Shown here one piece after another: positions 63,763 to 64,000 of a stretch of 64,000 nucleotides of DNA. The translations under genes and the position numbers were made by a program. A model generated the notes under the pieces. It saw only the letters and a list, made by a program, of their open reading frames with translations. It ran no database searches and had not been told where the DNA came from. Numbering within the stretch: the stretch's first letter is position 1; each line of letters begins with the position of its first letter. Origin of the DNA: an uncultured Trueperaceae bacterium (GTDB lineage: Bacteria > Deinococcota > Deinococci > Deinococcales > Trueperaceae); NCBI GenBank assembly GCA_963799485.1, contig CAWCXJ010000006.1, positions 1 through 64,000 on the forward strand, read 5' to 3'.

Positions 63763-64000
63763 CTACTGATTGGCGGCTAACACGTCGTCGGCAAGTGGAA
63801 CGAGTTCTTCTAACGCTTCGTCAATGCTCATATCGCCCGACCAGACGAGCGCTAACGTGTCACCGACCGCCGCCGACCACTCGCCGTAACCCCGAAACGA
63901 GGGTTTGGGGACGGCGTAGTCCAAAGCGTCCAGGTACACCTGCTGATTGACGGTGCTGCCCTCTTGATTCAAGAACACCGGACTCCGGGCAACGGACTCC
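63763..64000 (-). CDS. Sugar ABC substrate-binding protein, C-terminal part (runs off window)
   Basis: Open frame to the window end, VWSGDMSIDEAL tail, upstream of two permeases. Confidence 0.75.
   Translation of the reverse strand, partial: ESVARSPVFLNQEGSTVNQQVYLDALDYAVPKPSFRGYGEWSAAVGDTLALVWSGDMSIDEALEELVPLADDVLAANQ

Overview
A GC-rich (~58-60% by eye) bacterial chromosomal segment, most consistent with Deinococcota (Trueperaceae-like). This rests on gene content, an A-adding-type tRNA nucleotidyltransferase and many leaderless TANNNT-N5-7-start promoters. The left end is a decayed mobile region: an IS5-family element nested in an IS630 remnant, which in turn truncates a tyrosine-integrase pseudogene. 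The rest is mostly core and metabolic: an XPB-like helicase + DUF790/Bax1 nuclease pair, a trehalose/maltose-type ABC system with a GH13 glucosidase, ruvB, katA-ankyrin-PerR, purU, dnaG, glgA, an orphan MamA-like adenine methyltransferase, two site-2 proteases, an amine/GABA catabolic operon, a pyrH paralog, fatty-acid genes, a GldC homolog, clcA, ppgK, an FGE, and a GH4/sugar ABC locus. Several single-base frameshifts look like assembly errors. The most unusual signal is at DNA level. Two short words are strongly over-represented across the window: the non-palindromic CCGTAAAA/TTTTACGG (~43 exact copies by manual count, about 1-2 expected) and the palindrome CTCGAG (~120 copies, about 20 expected). 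The orphan methyltransferase carries an in-frame TGA that falls exactly on a mutated CTCGAG. All counts are manual and need computational confirmation.
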